From the NCBI GenBank assembly GCA_039797095.1, contig JBDKIN010000202.1, forward strand, positions 2,729-66,728: DNA of 64,000 nt, read 5' to 3'. Positions within the stretch are counted from its first letter, which is position 1, and each line of letters opens with the position of its first letter. Source of the DNA: Verrucomicrobiota bacterium (GTDB lineage: Bacteria > Verrucomicrobiota > Verrucomicrobiia > Opitutales > UBA953). The notes under the pieces are model-generated. The model did no database searches. It worked only from the letters and a program-made list of their open reading frames with translations, and was not told the DNA's origin. The position numbers and the translations under genes are program-made. This document shows positions 55,160 to 63,672 of this stretch, piece after piece.

Positions 55160-57088
55160 ATGAGCGCCGCCGCCGCCGTCCTTTCGCTCCTCCAAGCCGC
55201 CCAGCAGAAGGGCCAACTTTCCGCCGCCAGCCTCGCCAACGCCGGGGATTGGCTCCGCTCGGGGGCGCTTCCTGCCGAGGCCGTGGCCTCCCTCCGTGAC
55301 CTCTGCGACCGCGGGGCCTGGGCCGAACTCGAAGACCGTTTCTATAAGGGGATCGCTTTCGGCACCGGGGGGATGCGCGGCCGGACGGTCGGCCGGGTCT
55401 CCGCCGCCAACGAGGTCGACGCCCAAGGGTTGCCGGTCCGCGCCGCGATCGGCTCGGCCTGCCTCAATGACGTCAATGTCCTCCGGGCCGTCATCGGCCT
55501 CTGGAAGCATGTCTCGGCCGCCCAGCCCGGCGCCCGCCTGGTCGTCGCCCATGACGTCCGCCACTTCTCCCGTCATTTCGCCGAGCTGATCGCCGGCGCC
55601 TGGACGGAGCTCGGTGGCGAGGCCTACCTCTTCGCCGGCGCCCGCTCGACTCCGCAGCTCAGCTTCACGGTCCGGCACCTCGGCGCCCATGCCGGCGTCG
55701 TCATCACGGCCAGCCACAATCCGGCGCACGACAACGGCTTCAAGTGCTGCCTCGGTGACGGCGGCCAGGTGCTGCCTCCGCATGACGCCGCCATCGTCGC
55801 CGAAGTCGGCAAGCTCGGGCCGGCCGACGTCGCGCCTTATCTCGAGAAGGACCTCGCCCGCGTGCTCACGGTCCCGGCCACGGCCGAGGACGCCTACCTC
55901 GCCCGCCTCGCCGGCGTGGTGCTCGATCCGGAGATCATCGCGCGGCACACGCCCAAGGTCGTCTTCACCAACGTGCACGGGACGGGCGACGTCATGGTCG
56001 TGCCCGCCCTGCGTCGCGTCGGCATCGACCCGCATCTGGTGGAGGAGCAGCGCGAGCACGACGGCCGCTTCCCGACCGTCGCCTCCCCGAATCCGGAGAA
56101 CGCCAGCACCTTCGCCCTCGCGCTGAAGCTCGCCACGGAGATCGACGCCGACCTCATCCTCGCGACCGACCCCGACTCCGACCGCGTCGGCGTGGCTTGC
56201 CCGCTGCCCGCCGGCGGGCATCGCCTGCTCAACGGCAACGAGGTCGCCGCCCTGCTGACCGAGTTCCGGATCTCGTCCCTCAAGGACGCCGGCATCCTGC
56301 CCGAAGGCGGCTCGCCGAACGCCGCGGTGGTCAAGTCTCTCGTGACCACGCCGCTCGTCGCCGCCATCTGCGCCCGCCACGGCGTGCGCTGCGTCGAGAC
56401 GCTGGTCGGCTTCAAATGGATCGCCCGCAAGCTCGAGAACTGGCACCGCCGCCTCGTCGAAGGCGCCGGCCCCGACGCCCCCGCGCTCCCCCTCCGTCGC
56501 CGCGCTCCGCTCGCGCTGCGTCACTCGACCCTCTTCCTGCTCGGCGCCGAGGAGAGCTACGGTTACCTCGCCGATGACGCGGTCCGCGACAAGGACGCCA
56601 ACGCGACGGTGGTCATGCTCTGCGAGTTCGCCGCTTTGCTGCGCTCCCGCGGCCGCACGCTGCTCGACGCGCTCGACGTGCTCCATCTGAGCTACGGCGC
56701 CCATCACGAGGACCTGCTGAACCTCGCGTTCGAAGGCGCCGAGGGCGCCGTGTGCATCCGTCGTATCGTCGCCTCCTGGCGCAAGTCACCGCCCGCCGTC
56801 ATCGACGGCTCCAAGGTCCTCCGCGTCATCGATTACGAGCGCGACAAGGTGCTCGACGCCGAGGGCGATCGCGTGCCGCCCGAGGAGTTCATCCTCGCCG
56901 AGCTGGCCGACGGCCGCCGCCTCGCGGTCCGCGCTTCCGGCACCGAGCCGAAGGCGAAGTTCTATTCCTTCGCCAAGGCCGAAGTCGCCGACGCCGACGA
57001 CCTGCCGGCCGCCCGCGAACGCGCCCGTCGCTCGGCCCTCGCTCTCCGCGCCTGGCTCGAAGCCGACGCCAAGGTGCGCGCGAAATAA
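55160..57088 (+). CDS. Phospho-sugar mutase (phosphoglucomutase/phosphomannomutase family)
   Basis: Active-site TASHNPAHDNGFK, metal loop ATDPDSDR, sugar loop GAEESYGY. Confidence 0.9.
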   Translation: MSAAAAVLSLLQAAQQKGQLSAASLANAGDWLRSGALPAEAVASLRDLCDRGAWAELEDRFYKGIAFGTGGMRGRTVGRVSAANEVDAQGLPVRAAIGSACLNDVNVLRAVIGLWKHVSAAQPGARLVVAHDVRHFSRHFAELIAGAWTELGGEAYLFAGARSTPQLSFTVRHLGAHAGVVITASHNPAHDNGFKCCLGDGGQVLPPHDAAIVAEVGKLGPADVAPYLEKDLARVLTVPATAEDAYLARLAGVVLDPEIIARHTPKVVFTNVHGTGDVMVVPALRRVGIDPHLVEEQREHDGRFPTVASPNPENASTFALALKLATEIDADLILATDPDSDRVGVACPLPAGGHRLLNGNEVAALLTEFRISSLKDAGILPEGGSPNAAVVKSLVTTPLVAAICARHGVRCVETLVGFKWIARKLENWHRRLVEGAGPDAPALPLRRRAPLALRHSTLFLLGAEESYGYLADDAVRDKDANATVVMLCEFAALLRSRGRTLLDALDVLHLSYGAHHEDLLNLAFEGAEGAVCIRRIVASWRKSPPAVIDGSKVLRVIDYERDKVLDAEGDRVPPEEFILAELADGRRLAVRASGTEPKAKFYSFAKAEVADADDLPAARERARRSALALRAWLEADAKVRAK

Positions 57089-57092
57089 TCTC

Positions 57093-57323
57093 ATGAAGAC
57101 CACGTTCCTCCTGCCCCTCCTGCTCCTCGCCGGCTGCGCCAGCCCGGTCGGCGACCGTTCCTTCGCGCCCGAGAAGACGCCGGCCGCGGCCGCCTTGTCC
57201 GGTCAGCCCGCCGCCGAAGGCTCGCTGAAGGAACGCGTCCGCGAGGCCAACGAGAAGAACGACGACCGTCTGCTCAAGCGCGACTGGCGCGCGGCCAAGC
57301 CGGCCGTGGGCCCGCAGCCGTAA
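57093..57323 (+). CDS. Small lipoprotein (76 aa)
   Basis: Lipobox LLLAGC. Starts 4 nt after the mutase stop. Confidence 0.5.
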   Translation: MKTTFLLPLLLLAGCASPVGDRSFAPEKTPAAAALSGQPAAEGSLKERVREANEKNDDRLLKRDWRAAKPAVGPQP

Positions 57324-57326
57324 GGC

Positions 57327-58229
57327 TTATCTGGCCTTGGGCTTCAGCGGCAGCTTGAGGCCCATCTGCGCGTCGAGGTAGGCCGCAAGCTGCTCGACGA
57401 GCGCCGCCGCGAACTTGCGTCGGCTGGCGTCGTTGTCGCGCACGCCCTTCGAGTTGCTCTCGATCTGCAGGCCTGCGAAGCCGGTGCCGGGCGCGGTGTG
57501 GGTCCGTACGTTGTAGCCGCCGTTGAAATAAGGTTCGCCGGGGACGGGCTTGCCGAGGCTCGGCGTGGCCGGGAACCCGGCCTGCTCCATCAGCGCGCCG
57601 AAACTCTTCGGGCCGCGCAGGAGCGCGGGGTAGGCCGCCGGGTCCTTCAGCGCGAATAATTGCAGCGTGCCTTTCCTGATGAACTCCGGCCTGGCCAATT
57701 CGGCGTCCGGCAGGCCGAACTCCCGGCGATCGTGCGCATAGCCCAGCTCGAGGCGGGCGTCGGCGTGGCCATGTCCGTGCAGGTCGACGTAGAAGCCTCG
57801 GCCATGCTTCGCGACGACCGCCTGCTGGGCGGTCCGGATGAAGCCTTGGAAGTCGTTCCAGGACTGTTCGGTCAGCGGGTTCCCCGCCGCGCCTTCGACG
57901 ATCTCGCGGTTGCAGTCGATCTTGCGACGCGAGACGCGGCAGATGACCACATGCGGGTGCTGTCCGGTGCGAGCGACGAACTCGTCGTCGATGGCGCGGG
58001 CTAGTTCCTGGGTGTTGGTGTCGAAAGCGAAGGTGCCCTTCTCGCGGTCCGGAAGTTCGGCGGGCTTGTCGCGTCCGCCGTGCGGAGCCGACAGGACGAA
58101 GGGCAGGCTGCCGGCGATATATTCGACGTACTGATTGCGACCGAAATAGGTCTGGCCGGGTGCCGGCGTCTCAGCGGCCCGCAGGATCGCGGAGGCTGCC
58201 AGCAGGCAGGCGCAGAGGAGGCGGGGCAT
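57327..58229 (-). CDS. Secreted N-formylglutamate amidohydrolase-family-like hydrolase (tentative)
   Basis: Signal peptide. SAPHGG and DLHGHGH metal-ligand-like motifs resemble the FGase/zinc-hydrolase fold. Assignment is weak. Confidence 0.35.
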   Translation of the reverse strand: MPRLLCACLLAASAILRAAETPAPGQTYFGRNQYVEYIAGSLPFVLSAPHGGRDKPAELPDREKGTFAFDTNTQELARAIDDEFVARTGQHPHVVICRVSRRKIDCNREIVEGAAGNPLTEQSWNDFQGFIRTAQQAVVAKHGRGFYVDLHGHGHADARLELGYAHDRREFGLPDAELARPEFIRKGTLQLFALKDPAAYPALLRGPKSFGALMEQAGFPATPSLGKPVPGEPYFNGGYNVRTHTAPGTGFAGLQIESNSKGVRDNDASRRKFAAALVEQLAAYLDAQMGLKLPLKPKAR

Positions 58230-58273
58230 GACGTATCCAACACGCTCTGACGGCCCGGGTCAAGCGGACGGCC

Positions 58274-59371
58274 TCAGCGGACGGCGCCGCCGGCGAGCAA
58301 GGCGCGGACCGCGGCTTCTTCAGGCACGTCGTCCGCGGTGCTGGCCGCGCCGACGCCTTCCTGCAGGACGAAGCGCAGCTTGCCGCCGCGGACTTTCTTG
58401 TCGCGACGCATCGCGGCGAGCATCGGATCGAGCTTGAGCGGCGCCCGCAGGGCGGTCGGCAGGGCGTGGGATTTCAATACGGCCTCGACCTGTTCGGCCT
58501 GGGCGGCGGTGCAGTGCCTCAGCTCGGCGGAAAGGCGGGCGGCCATCACGAGGCCGATGGCGACCGCTTCGCCGTGCAGGTAGGCGCCGTAACCGGCGGT
58601 CGCTTCGATCGCGTGGCCGAAGGTGTGGCCGAGATTCAGGAGCGCGCGTCCGCCCTGGGCGCTGGTCTCCCGTTCGTCGCCGGCGACGACGGCGGCCTTG
58701 ATCTCGACGCAGCGGCGGATGACGCGCGGCAGGAGCGGATGGTTCCAGGCGAGCGGTGAATTCTGTTCGAGCAGTCCGAAGAGGTCGGCGTCGGCGATGA
58801 TGCCGTGCTTGATGACCTCGGCCATGCCGGCGGCGAACTCGCGCGGCGGCAGGGTAGCCAGCAGGTCGGTGTCGGCGAAGACCGCCGTGGGCTGGTGGAA
58901 GTTGCCGACGAGGTTCTTGCCGGCGGAAAGGTTGATGCCCGTCTTGCCGCCGACGGAGCTGTCGACCATCGCGAGCAGGGTGGTCGGGAGCTGGTAGAAA
59001 TCGACGCCGCGCTGATACGAGGCGGCCGCGAAGCCGGCGAGGTCGCCCACGACGCCGCCGCCGAGCGCGAAGACCGCGCCGTCGCGGGCCACGCCGTTGG
59101 CGGCGAGGAAATCCCAGACGCGGGCCAGTTCGGCGGCCGACTTGGCCGTCTCGCCGTCCGCGGCGGTGGCCAGCACGGGCATCAGGCGCGCGAGTTCGGC
59201 GGCGAAACCCGACTGCGCGGCGGCGACGCCGGGCGACGTGATCGCGACGCACTTCTGGCCGGCGGCCAGACGACGTTCGGCGGCGGCCAAGGCTTCGCGG
59301 CGCATCCCGGCCCCGATGCGGACGGGGTAGGAGCGCGAGCCTAGTTCGACGGTGACGGTCTCGGCCGACAT
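58274..59371 (-). CDS. aroB: 3-dehydroquinate synthase
   Basis: GGGVVGDLAGFAAASYQRGVDFYQLPTTLLAMVDSSVGGKTGIN and HTFGHAIE blocks. Confidence 0.95.
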   Translation of the reverse strand: MSAETVTVELGSRSYPVRIGAGMRREALAAAERRLAAGQKCVAITSPGVAAAQSGFAAELARLMPVLATAADGETAKSAAELARVWDFLAANGVARDGAVFALGGGVVGDLAGFAAASYQRGVDFYQLPTTLLAMVDSSVGGKTGINLSAGKNLVGNFHQPTAVFADTDLLATLPPREFAAGMAEVIKHGIIADADLFGLLEQNSPLAWNHPLLPRVIRRCVEIKAAVVAGDERETSAQGGRALLNLGHTFGHAIEATAGYGAYLHGEAVAIGLVMAARLSAELRHCTAAQAEQVEAVLKSHALPTALRAPLKLDPMLAAMRRDKKVRGGKLRFVLQEGVGAASTADDVPEEAAVRALLAGGAVR

Positions 59372-59413
59372 GAGGTCACGCTGGGGCGAGGGGCCCCCGC
59401 TGGCAAGACAACC

Positions 59414-60316
59414 TCACTCGGCCAGGCCGACGACCGAGCGGGCGTAAGCGCGCGCGTCGAAGGGCTGGAGGTCGGCCGGCTGCTCGCCGACGCCGATGAA
59501 GCGGACCGGCACGCCGAGCTCGCGGACCACCGCGACGAGCGCGCCGCCGCGGGCGGTGCCGTCGAGCTTGGTCACGATCAGGCCGGTGAGGCCGACGGCT
59601 TCGTGGAAGATGCGGGCCTGTTCGATGGAGTTGGCGCCGAGCGAGCCGTCGAGGACGAGCCACTTCTCGTGCGGCGCGCCGGCGTGGGCCTTCGTCGTGA
59701 CGCGGACGACCTTGCGCAGCTCTTCGAGGAGGTGCGCCTTGGTGTGCAGCCGGCCGGCGGTGTCGAGGATGACGAGGTCCGCGCCGCGCGCGACGCCCGC
59801 CTTGACGGCATCGAAGGCCACCGCGGCAGGGTCCGCGCCGGCGGCGCCGCCGACGACTTCGACGCCGAGCCGGCCGGCCCAGGCGGAAAGCTGTTCTCCG
59901 GCCGCAGCCCGGAAGGTGTCACACGCGCCGAGCAGGCAGGTCTTGCCTTCCTCGCGCCAGCGCCAGGCGAGCTTCGCGGCGGTGGTCGTCTTGCCGGCCC
60001 CGTTGACGCCGAGGAGCATGATCACGTGCGGCTTCGTAAGGGCGGGCGCCGCGGCGGTCTCGCCGCCCAGCGCGCGCACGATGCTTTCGGCCGCGGCTTC
60101 GGCGGGCGAGGTCTTGCGGAGCGCGGCTTCGGTCTTCCAAGCGGCGCGGGCCGCTTCGACGACCTCGTCGGCGGTGGCGGGGCCGAAGTCGGCGGCGATC
60201 AGCCGCTCGCGCAGCTGCTCGGCGGACGCGGCGTCCATCGGTCGCGCCAAGAGATTGGCGACGGCCTCGGCCGTGCGGCTCAGGCCGGACTTCAGTCGCT
60301 CGAAGAAGCCCGCCAT
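59414..60316 (-). CDS. ftsY: Signal recognition particle receptor FtsY (short form, NG domain only)
   Basis: GVNGAGKTTT, DTAGRLH, TKLDGTARGG motifs. Confidence 0.95.
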   Translation of the reverse strand: MAGFFERLKSGLSRTAEAVANLLARPMDAASAEQLRERLIAADFGPATADEVVEAARAAWKTEAALRKTSPAEAAAESIVRALGGETAAAPALTKPHVIMLLGVNGAGKTTTAAKLAWRWREEGKTCLLGACDTFRAAAGEQLSAWAGRLGVEVVGGAAGADPAAVAFDAVKAGVARGADLVILDTAGRLHTKAHLLEELRKVVRVTTKAHAGAPHEKWLVLDGSLGANSIEQARIFHEAVGLTGLIVTKLDGTARGGALVAVVRELGVPVRFIGVGEQPADLQPFDARAYARSVVGLAE

Positions 60317-60319
60317 GGT

Positions 60320-61102
60320 TCAGCCGCCCTCGGCCTTACGCGGGTCGCGCCCGAGTTCTTCCTTGTAGCTGTCGAGGATGCCGTTCACGAAGCGCTTGGA
60401 CTCCTCGGTCGAGAACTCCTTGGCGATGTCGACGGCCTCGTTGATGCTCACGACCGGCGGGATGTCCGTGCGGCGCATGAGTTCGAAGATGGCGACGCGC
60501 AGGATGGCGAGGTCGACGCGGGCGATGCGGCCGAAGGCCCAGTTCTTGGCGTACTTGCCGATGATCTCGTCGATGAGGGCGAGGTCGCGGATGACGCCCT
60601 GGATGAGTTCCTCGGCGAAGGCGTAGTATTCGCGCGGCTGCGGGCGCTCGGAGAAGAAGTCGAAGAGGGCCGTGACCATGTCGGCGTGGCGCTGGACTTC
60701 CCACGAGCAGAGGAACTGCATCGCGACGACGCGGCTGTCGTGGCGGCGGTTGCGCTTGGCGGGCGGCGCGGCGGGGTCCGGGACGACCGGCTCTTCCGGG
60801 GCGACGATGGCGATCTCGACGCCGGCGGGGACGTTATGGCGGCGGAACGCGTCGACGGTCTTCTGGTTGGAGCCGATGATCTCGATCAGGCGACGATGGC
60901 TGCGGATCTCCTCGCGGAGCGCCGTGCGCGGTTCCTCGACCTGGGAGGGCAGCGGGAAGGGGCCGGAGATGCGGGCGCCGGAGCCGACGACGCTGGCGAT
61001 GATGTCGGCCGCGGTCTGGTCCGCCATGCGGTAGTCGACGCCTTTGATCCGGATGCGGATCTTGGCGCGCGCGGAGGCGGAAATGGGCGAGTCGTTGTCC
61101 AT
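60320..61102 (-). CDS. nusB: Fusion protein: ribosomal protein S10 (NusE)-like domain + transcription antitermination factor NusB
   Basis: Residues approx 13-103 align with S10 ([21 protein letters not shown]...GPFPLPS...[11 protein letters not shown]...KTVDAF...AGVEIAIV). Residues approx 120-250 are NusB ([12 protein letters not shown]..., [31 protein letters not shown]...FVNGILD). ribH lies directly upstream, as in the classical ribH-nusB pair. Confidence 0.85.
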   Translation of the reverse strand: [260 protein letters not shown]

Positions 61103-61105
61103 CGG

Positions 61106-61642
61106 TCAGTTCTGGGCGAAAGGTTCCTGGCCGCCGCGCTTGCGTTCCTCTTCCTCGACCTGGTCCAGACGGGCGCCGAGCGAGATGCGGTGGCGGGCCA
61201 TCGTCAGGGCGGCGTGGGCGAACTCGGTGCCCCGGTCCAGCGAGCCCTGGCAGCGGGCGACGGCCTGCTCGCGGGTGTTCGTCACGACGATGCCGTTGAT
61301 CATCGGGACTTCGGAGCGGATGGCCGCGTCCTGGAGGGCCTGGGCCGTCGAGTGGGCGATGATCTCGTGGTGCGGGGTGTCGCCGGCGACGACGACGCCC
61401 AAGGCGATGACGCAGTCGTAATCGCCGGTCATGGCCGACATGTAGGCCGCGAAGGGAATCTCCCCGGAGCCGGGGACGGCGACCTCGACGATCGAGTCGG
61501 CGGGTACGCCGGCGGTCCGCAGTCCTTTGACGACGTTCTTCTTCAGGGCCTGGACCAGCTCGCCGTTGTAGCCCGCGGTGACGAGGGCGAAGCGGAGTTC
61601 GGCGCCATCGATGGCGTCAGGGGTGGGCTTGTCTAGGCTCAT
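61106..61642 (-). CDS. ribH: 6,7-dimethyl-8-ribityllumazine synthase
   Basis: RFALVTAGYN, VPGSGEIP, GVVVAGDTPHHE blocks. Approx 20-aa acidic/basic C-terminal extension. Confidence 0.92.
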   Translation of the reverse strand: MSLDKPTPDAIDGAELRFALVTAGYNGELVQALKKNVVKGLRTAGVPADSIVEVAVPGSGEIPFAAYMSAMTGDYDCVIALGVVVAGDTPHHEIIAHSTAQALQDAAIRSEVPMINGIVVTNTREQAVARCQGSLDRGTEFAHAALTMARHRISLGARLDQVEEEERKRGGQEPFAQN

Positions 61643-61710
61643 GGCAGAAGAACGGATTGCCGATGGAGTCGCTTAAGAACCCGCCTGCAAGCGGAAACGG
61701 CCGAAAACCC

Positions 61711-62787
61711 TTAGAACGGAACCTGCTCGACGATCTCCAGGCCGTAACCGCCGAGGCCCACGACCTTGCGCGGGTTGTTCGTGATGAGGCGGATGCGGCG
61801 GAGGCCGAGGTGCGAGAGGATCTGGGCGCCGATGCCGTAGTCGCGCGCATCCATCTGGCCGAGACGCACGCCGTCCTGGTCGGCCTGCATGCCGCCGTAA
61901 GGCTGGGCGACGTGGACGATGACGCCGCGGCCGGCCTTGGCGACGGCTTCGAAGCTGGAGGCGAGCGAGGCGCCCGCGCCGAAGGCGCTGCCACGGAAGA
62001 GGTCGCCGAGCATGTTCTCGCGCTGGACGCGCACGAGCGTGGGCGTCTCGTCCGGCTGGCCGAGGGTGAAGACGAGGTGTTGGCGGCCGTCCGGCAACGA
62101 GCGGTAGACGCGCAGGGTGAACTCGCCCCACGCGGACTTGAAGGGGCTTTCCGCGACGAGCTCGACGAGGCGTTCGCGGCGGTGACGGAACTCGATGAGC
62201 TGCGCGATCGAGATCATGTGCAGCCCGAACTTGCGCTTGAGTTCGACGAGCTCAGGCAGGCGGGCCATCGAGCCGTCCTCGTTGAGGATCTCGCAGATGA
62301 CGCCGCTCGGGTGCAGGCCGGCGAGCGAGGCGAGGTCGACCGCGGCTTCGGTATGGCCGGCGCGCTGGAGCACGCCGCCGGGACGGGCGAGGAGCGGGAA
62401 GATGTGGCCGGGCTGCACGAGCGCCTCGGGCTTGGCATGCGGGTCGGCGAGGATCGCGATGGTCTTCGCGCGGTCGTAAGCGGAGATGCCGGTGGAGATT
62501 CCTTCGGCGGCGTCGACGGACACCGCGAAGGCGGTGCGCTGCGACTCGCGGTTCTCGGGCACCATCTGAGAGATGCCCAGGCGACGCAGCTGATGCTCGA
62601 CGGTCGGCACGCAGATGAGTCCGCGCGCATGGCGGATCATCATGTTGACCGTCTCAGGGGTGGCCTTGGAAGCCGCCATGACGAGGTCGCCCTCGTTCTC
62701 GCGGTTCTCGTCGTCGGTCACGATGACGAGCTTCCCGGCGGCGATGTCCGCCAGGGCTTCCTCGATGGTGTCGAAGGGCTCGTTCAT
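61711..62787 (-). CDS. ribBA: 3,4-dihydroxy-2-butanone-4-phosphate synthase fused to a degenerate GTP cyclohydrolase II-like domain (RibBA/RibBX-type)
   Basis: DHBPS blocks DDENRENEGDLVMAA and GHTEAAVDLA are intact. The C-terminal domain keeps LITNNPRKV but has QRENMLGD...AFGAG where HSECLTGD...RCDCG is expected. Confidence 0.85.
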   Translation of the reverse strand: MNEPFDTIEEALADIAAGKLVIVTDDENRENEGDLVMAASKATPETVNMMIRHARGLICVPTVEHQLRRLGISQMVPENRESQRTAFAVSVDAAEGISTGISAYDRAKTIAILADPHAKPEALVQPGHIFPLLARPGGVLQRAGHTEAAVDLASLAGLHPSGVICEILNEDGSMARLPELVELKRKFGLHMISIAQLIEFRHRRERLVELVAESPFKSAWGEFTLRVYRSLPDGRQHLVFTLGQPDETPTLVRVQRENMLGDLFRGSAFGAGASLASSFEAVAKAGRGVIVHVAQPYGGMQADQDGVRLGQMDARDYGIGAQILSHLGLRRIRLITNNPRKVVGLGGYGLEIVEQVPF

Positions 62788-62791
62788 GAAA

Positions 62792-62824
62792 GTGGGAGGT
62801 CCGAACTTGGTCGTAACCTCCCAC
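62792..62824 (-). promoter_or_regulatory. 5'-UTR hairpin immediately upstream of ribBA (GUGGGAGGU-15 nt-ACCUCCCAC, 4 nt before AUG)
   Basis: 9-bp perfect stem read directly. An SD-like GGGAGG is paired with an anti-SD-like CCUCCC. Confidence 0.5.
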
Positions 62825-62873
62825 GGTGCAAGCGGGGAGATGAGTCCCCGCCGGCGAAAACGAACCGGATGGC

Positions 62874-63623
62874 TTATTTGGCGGCCTTAGCCTTGCCCTT
62901 GCCTTTGGCGGCACCCTTGCCCTTGGCGGCGGGCGCGGCGGGCTTCGGCGCGGCGGCCATGGCTTCGGCGATCTGCGCGCTGGCTTCCTTCCAGGAGGCC
63001 TTGGGCTCGGCCTTGGCGCTCCAGATCACGAGATTACGGAAAGTGGCCGACTGTCCGCCGCAGGTGAAGCCCGGGTTGGCTTTCTCGGCCTTGAAGAGTT
63101 CGTCGCGCCCGAAGCCGCTGATCTTGCCGTCGATCGTCGCGACCATCGTGTCGCCGACCATCTCGAGCACGACGCGGTGCCAGGTGCCGGCTTCGAACGC
63201 CTGCGCCTGGTTCAGGAAGATGACGGACTTGTCCGGACCATCGTGGTCATGGTCGTCCTTCTGGATGCGCAGGGAGGTCGGCGTGATGAGGACGCGGGCG
63301 ACGTGTTCCTTGGCGTCATTGATGCTCAGGGAGACGGACTTGGCGCCATCGAGGCGGAACTCGAAGGCGGCGACGAAGTCCTGGAGCTTCATGTTCACGC
63401 GGCCGGCGGCGCCATGCATGTCGGCAGGGAGTTCTTCGACGCGGATGCCGTCGGCGGTTCGCTCCCACTTGCCTTTGGCGATCTTCCACTGGGCGGCGGT
63501 CGCTTCCTTGGTCAGGGCGTCGGCGACGAGCTCCTTGTCCGGCTGCGCGAGCAGGGTGGCCGGGGCTTCGGCGGCGCTGAGCGGGGAGAAGAAGGCGAGC
63601 AGGGCGAGGAGACGGAGCGACAT
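62874..63623 (-). CDS. Secreted DUF1080-like (concanavalin-fold) protein with Lys/Ala/Gly-rich C-terminal tail
   Basis: Signal peptide MSLRLLALLAFFSPLSAAEA. WKIAKGKWERTADG and FRNLVIW blocks resemble DUF1080. Tail AAKGKGAAKGKGKAKAAK. Confidence 0.5.
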   Translation of the reverse strand: MSLRLLALLAFFSPLSAAEAPATLLAQPDKELVADALTKEATAAQWKIAKGKWERTADGIRVEELPADMHGAAGRVNMKLQDFVAAFEFRLDGAKSVSLSINDAKEHVARVLITPTSLRIQKDDHDHDGPDKSVIFLNQAQAFEAGTWHRVVLEMVGDTMVATIDGKISGFGRDELFKAEKANPGFTCGGQSATFRNLVIWSAKAEPKASWKEASAQIAEAMAAAPKPAAPAAKGKGAAKGKGKAKAAK

Positions 63624-63672
63624 GGGAGGAGGGGTGTGAGGATATAACCGCGGAAACGGACGAGGGTTCCGA

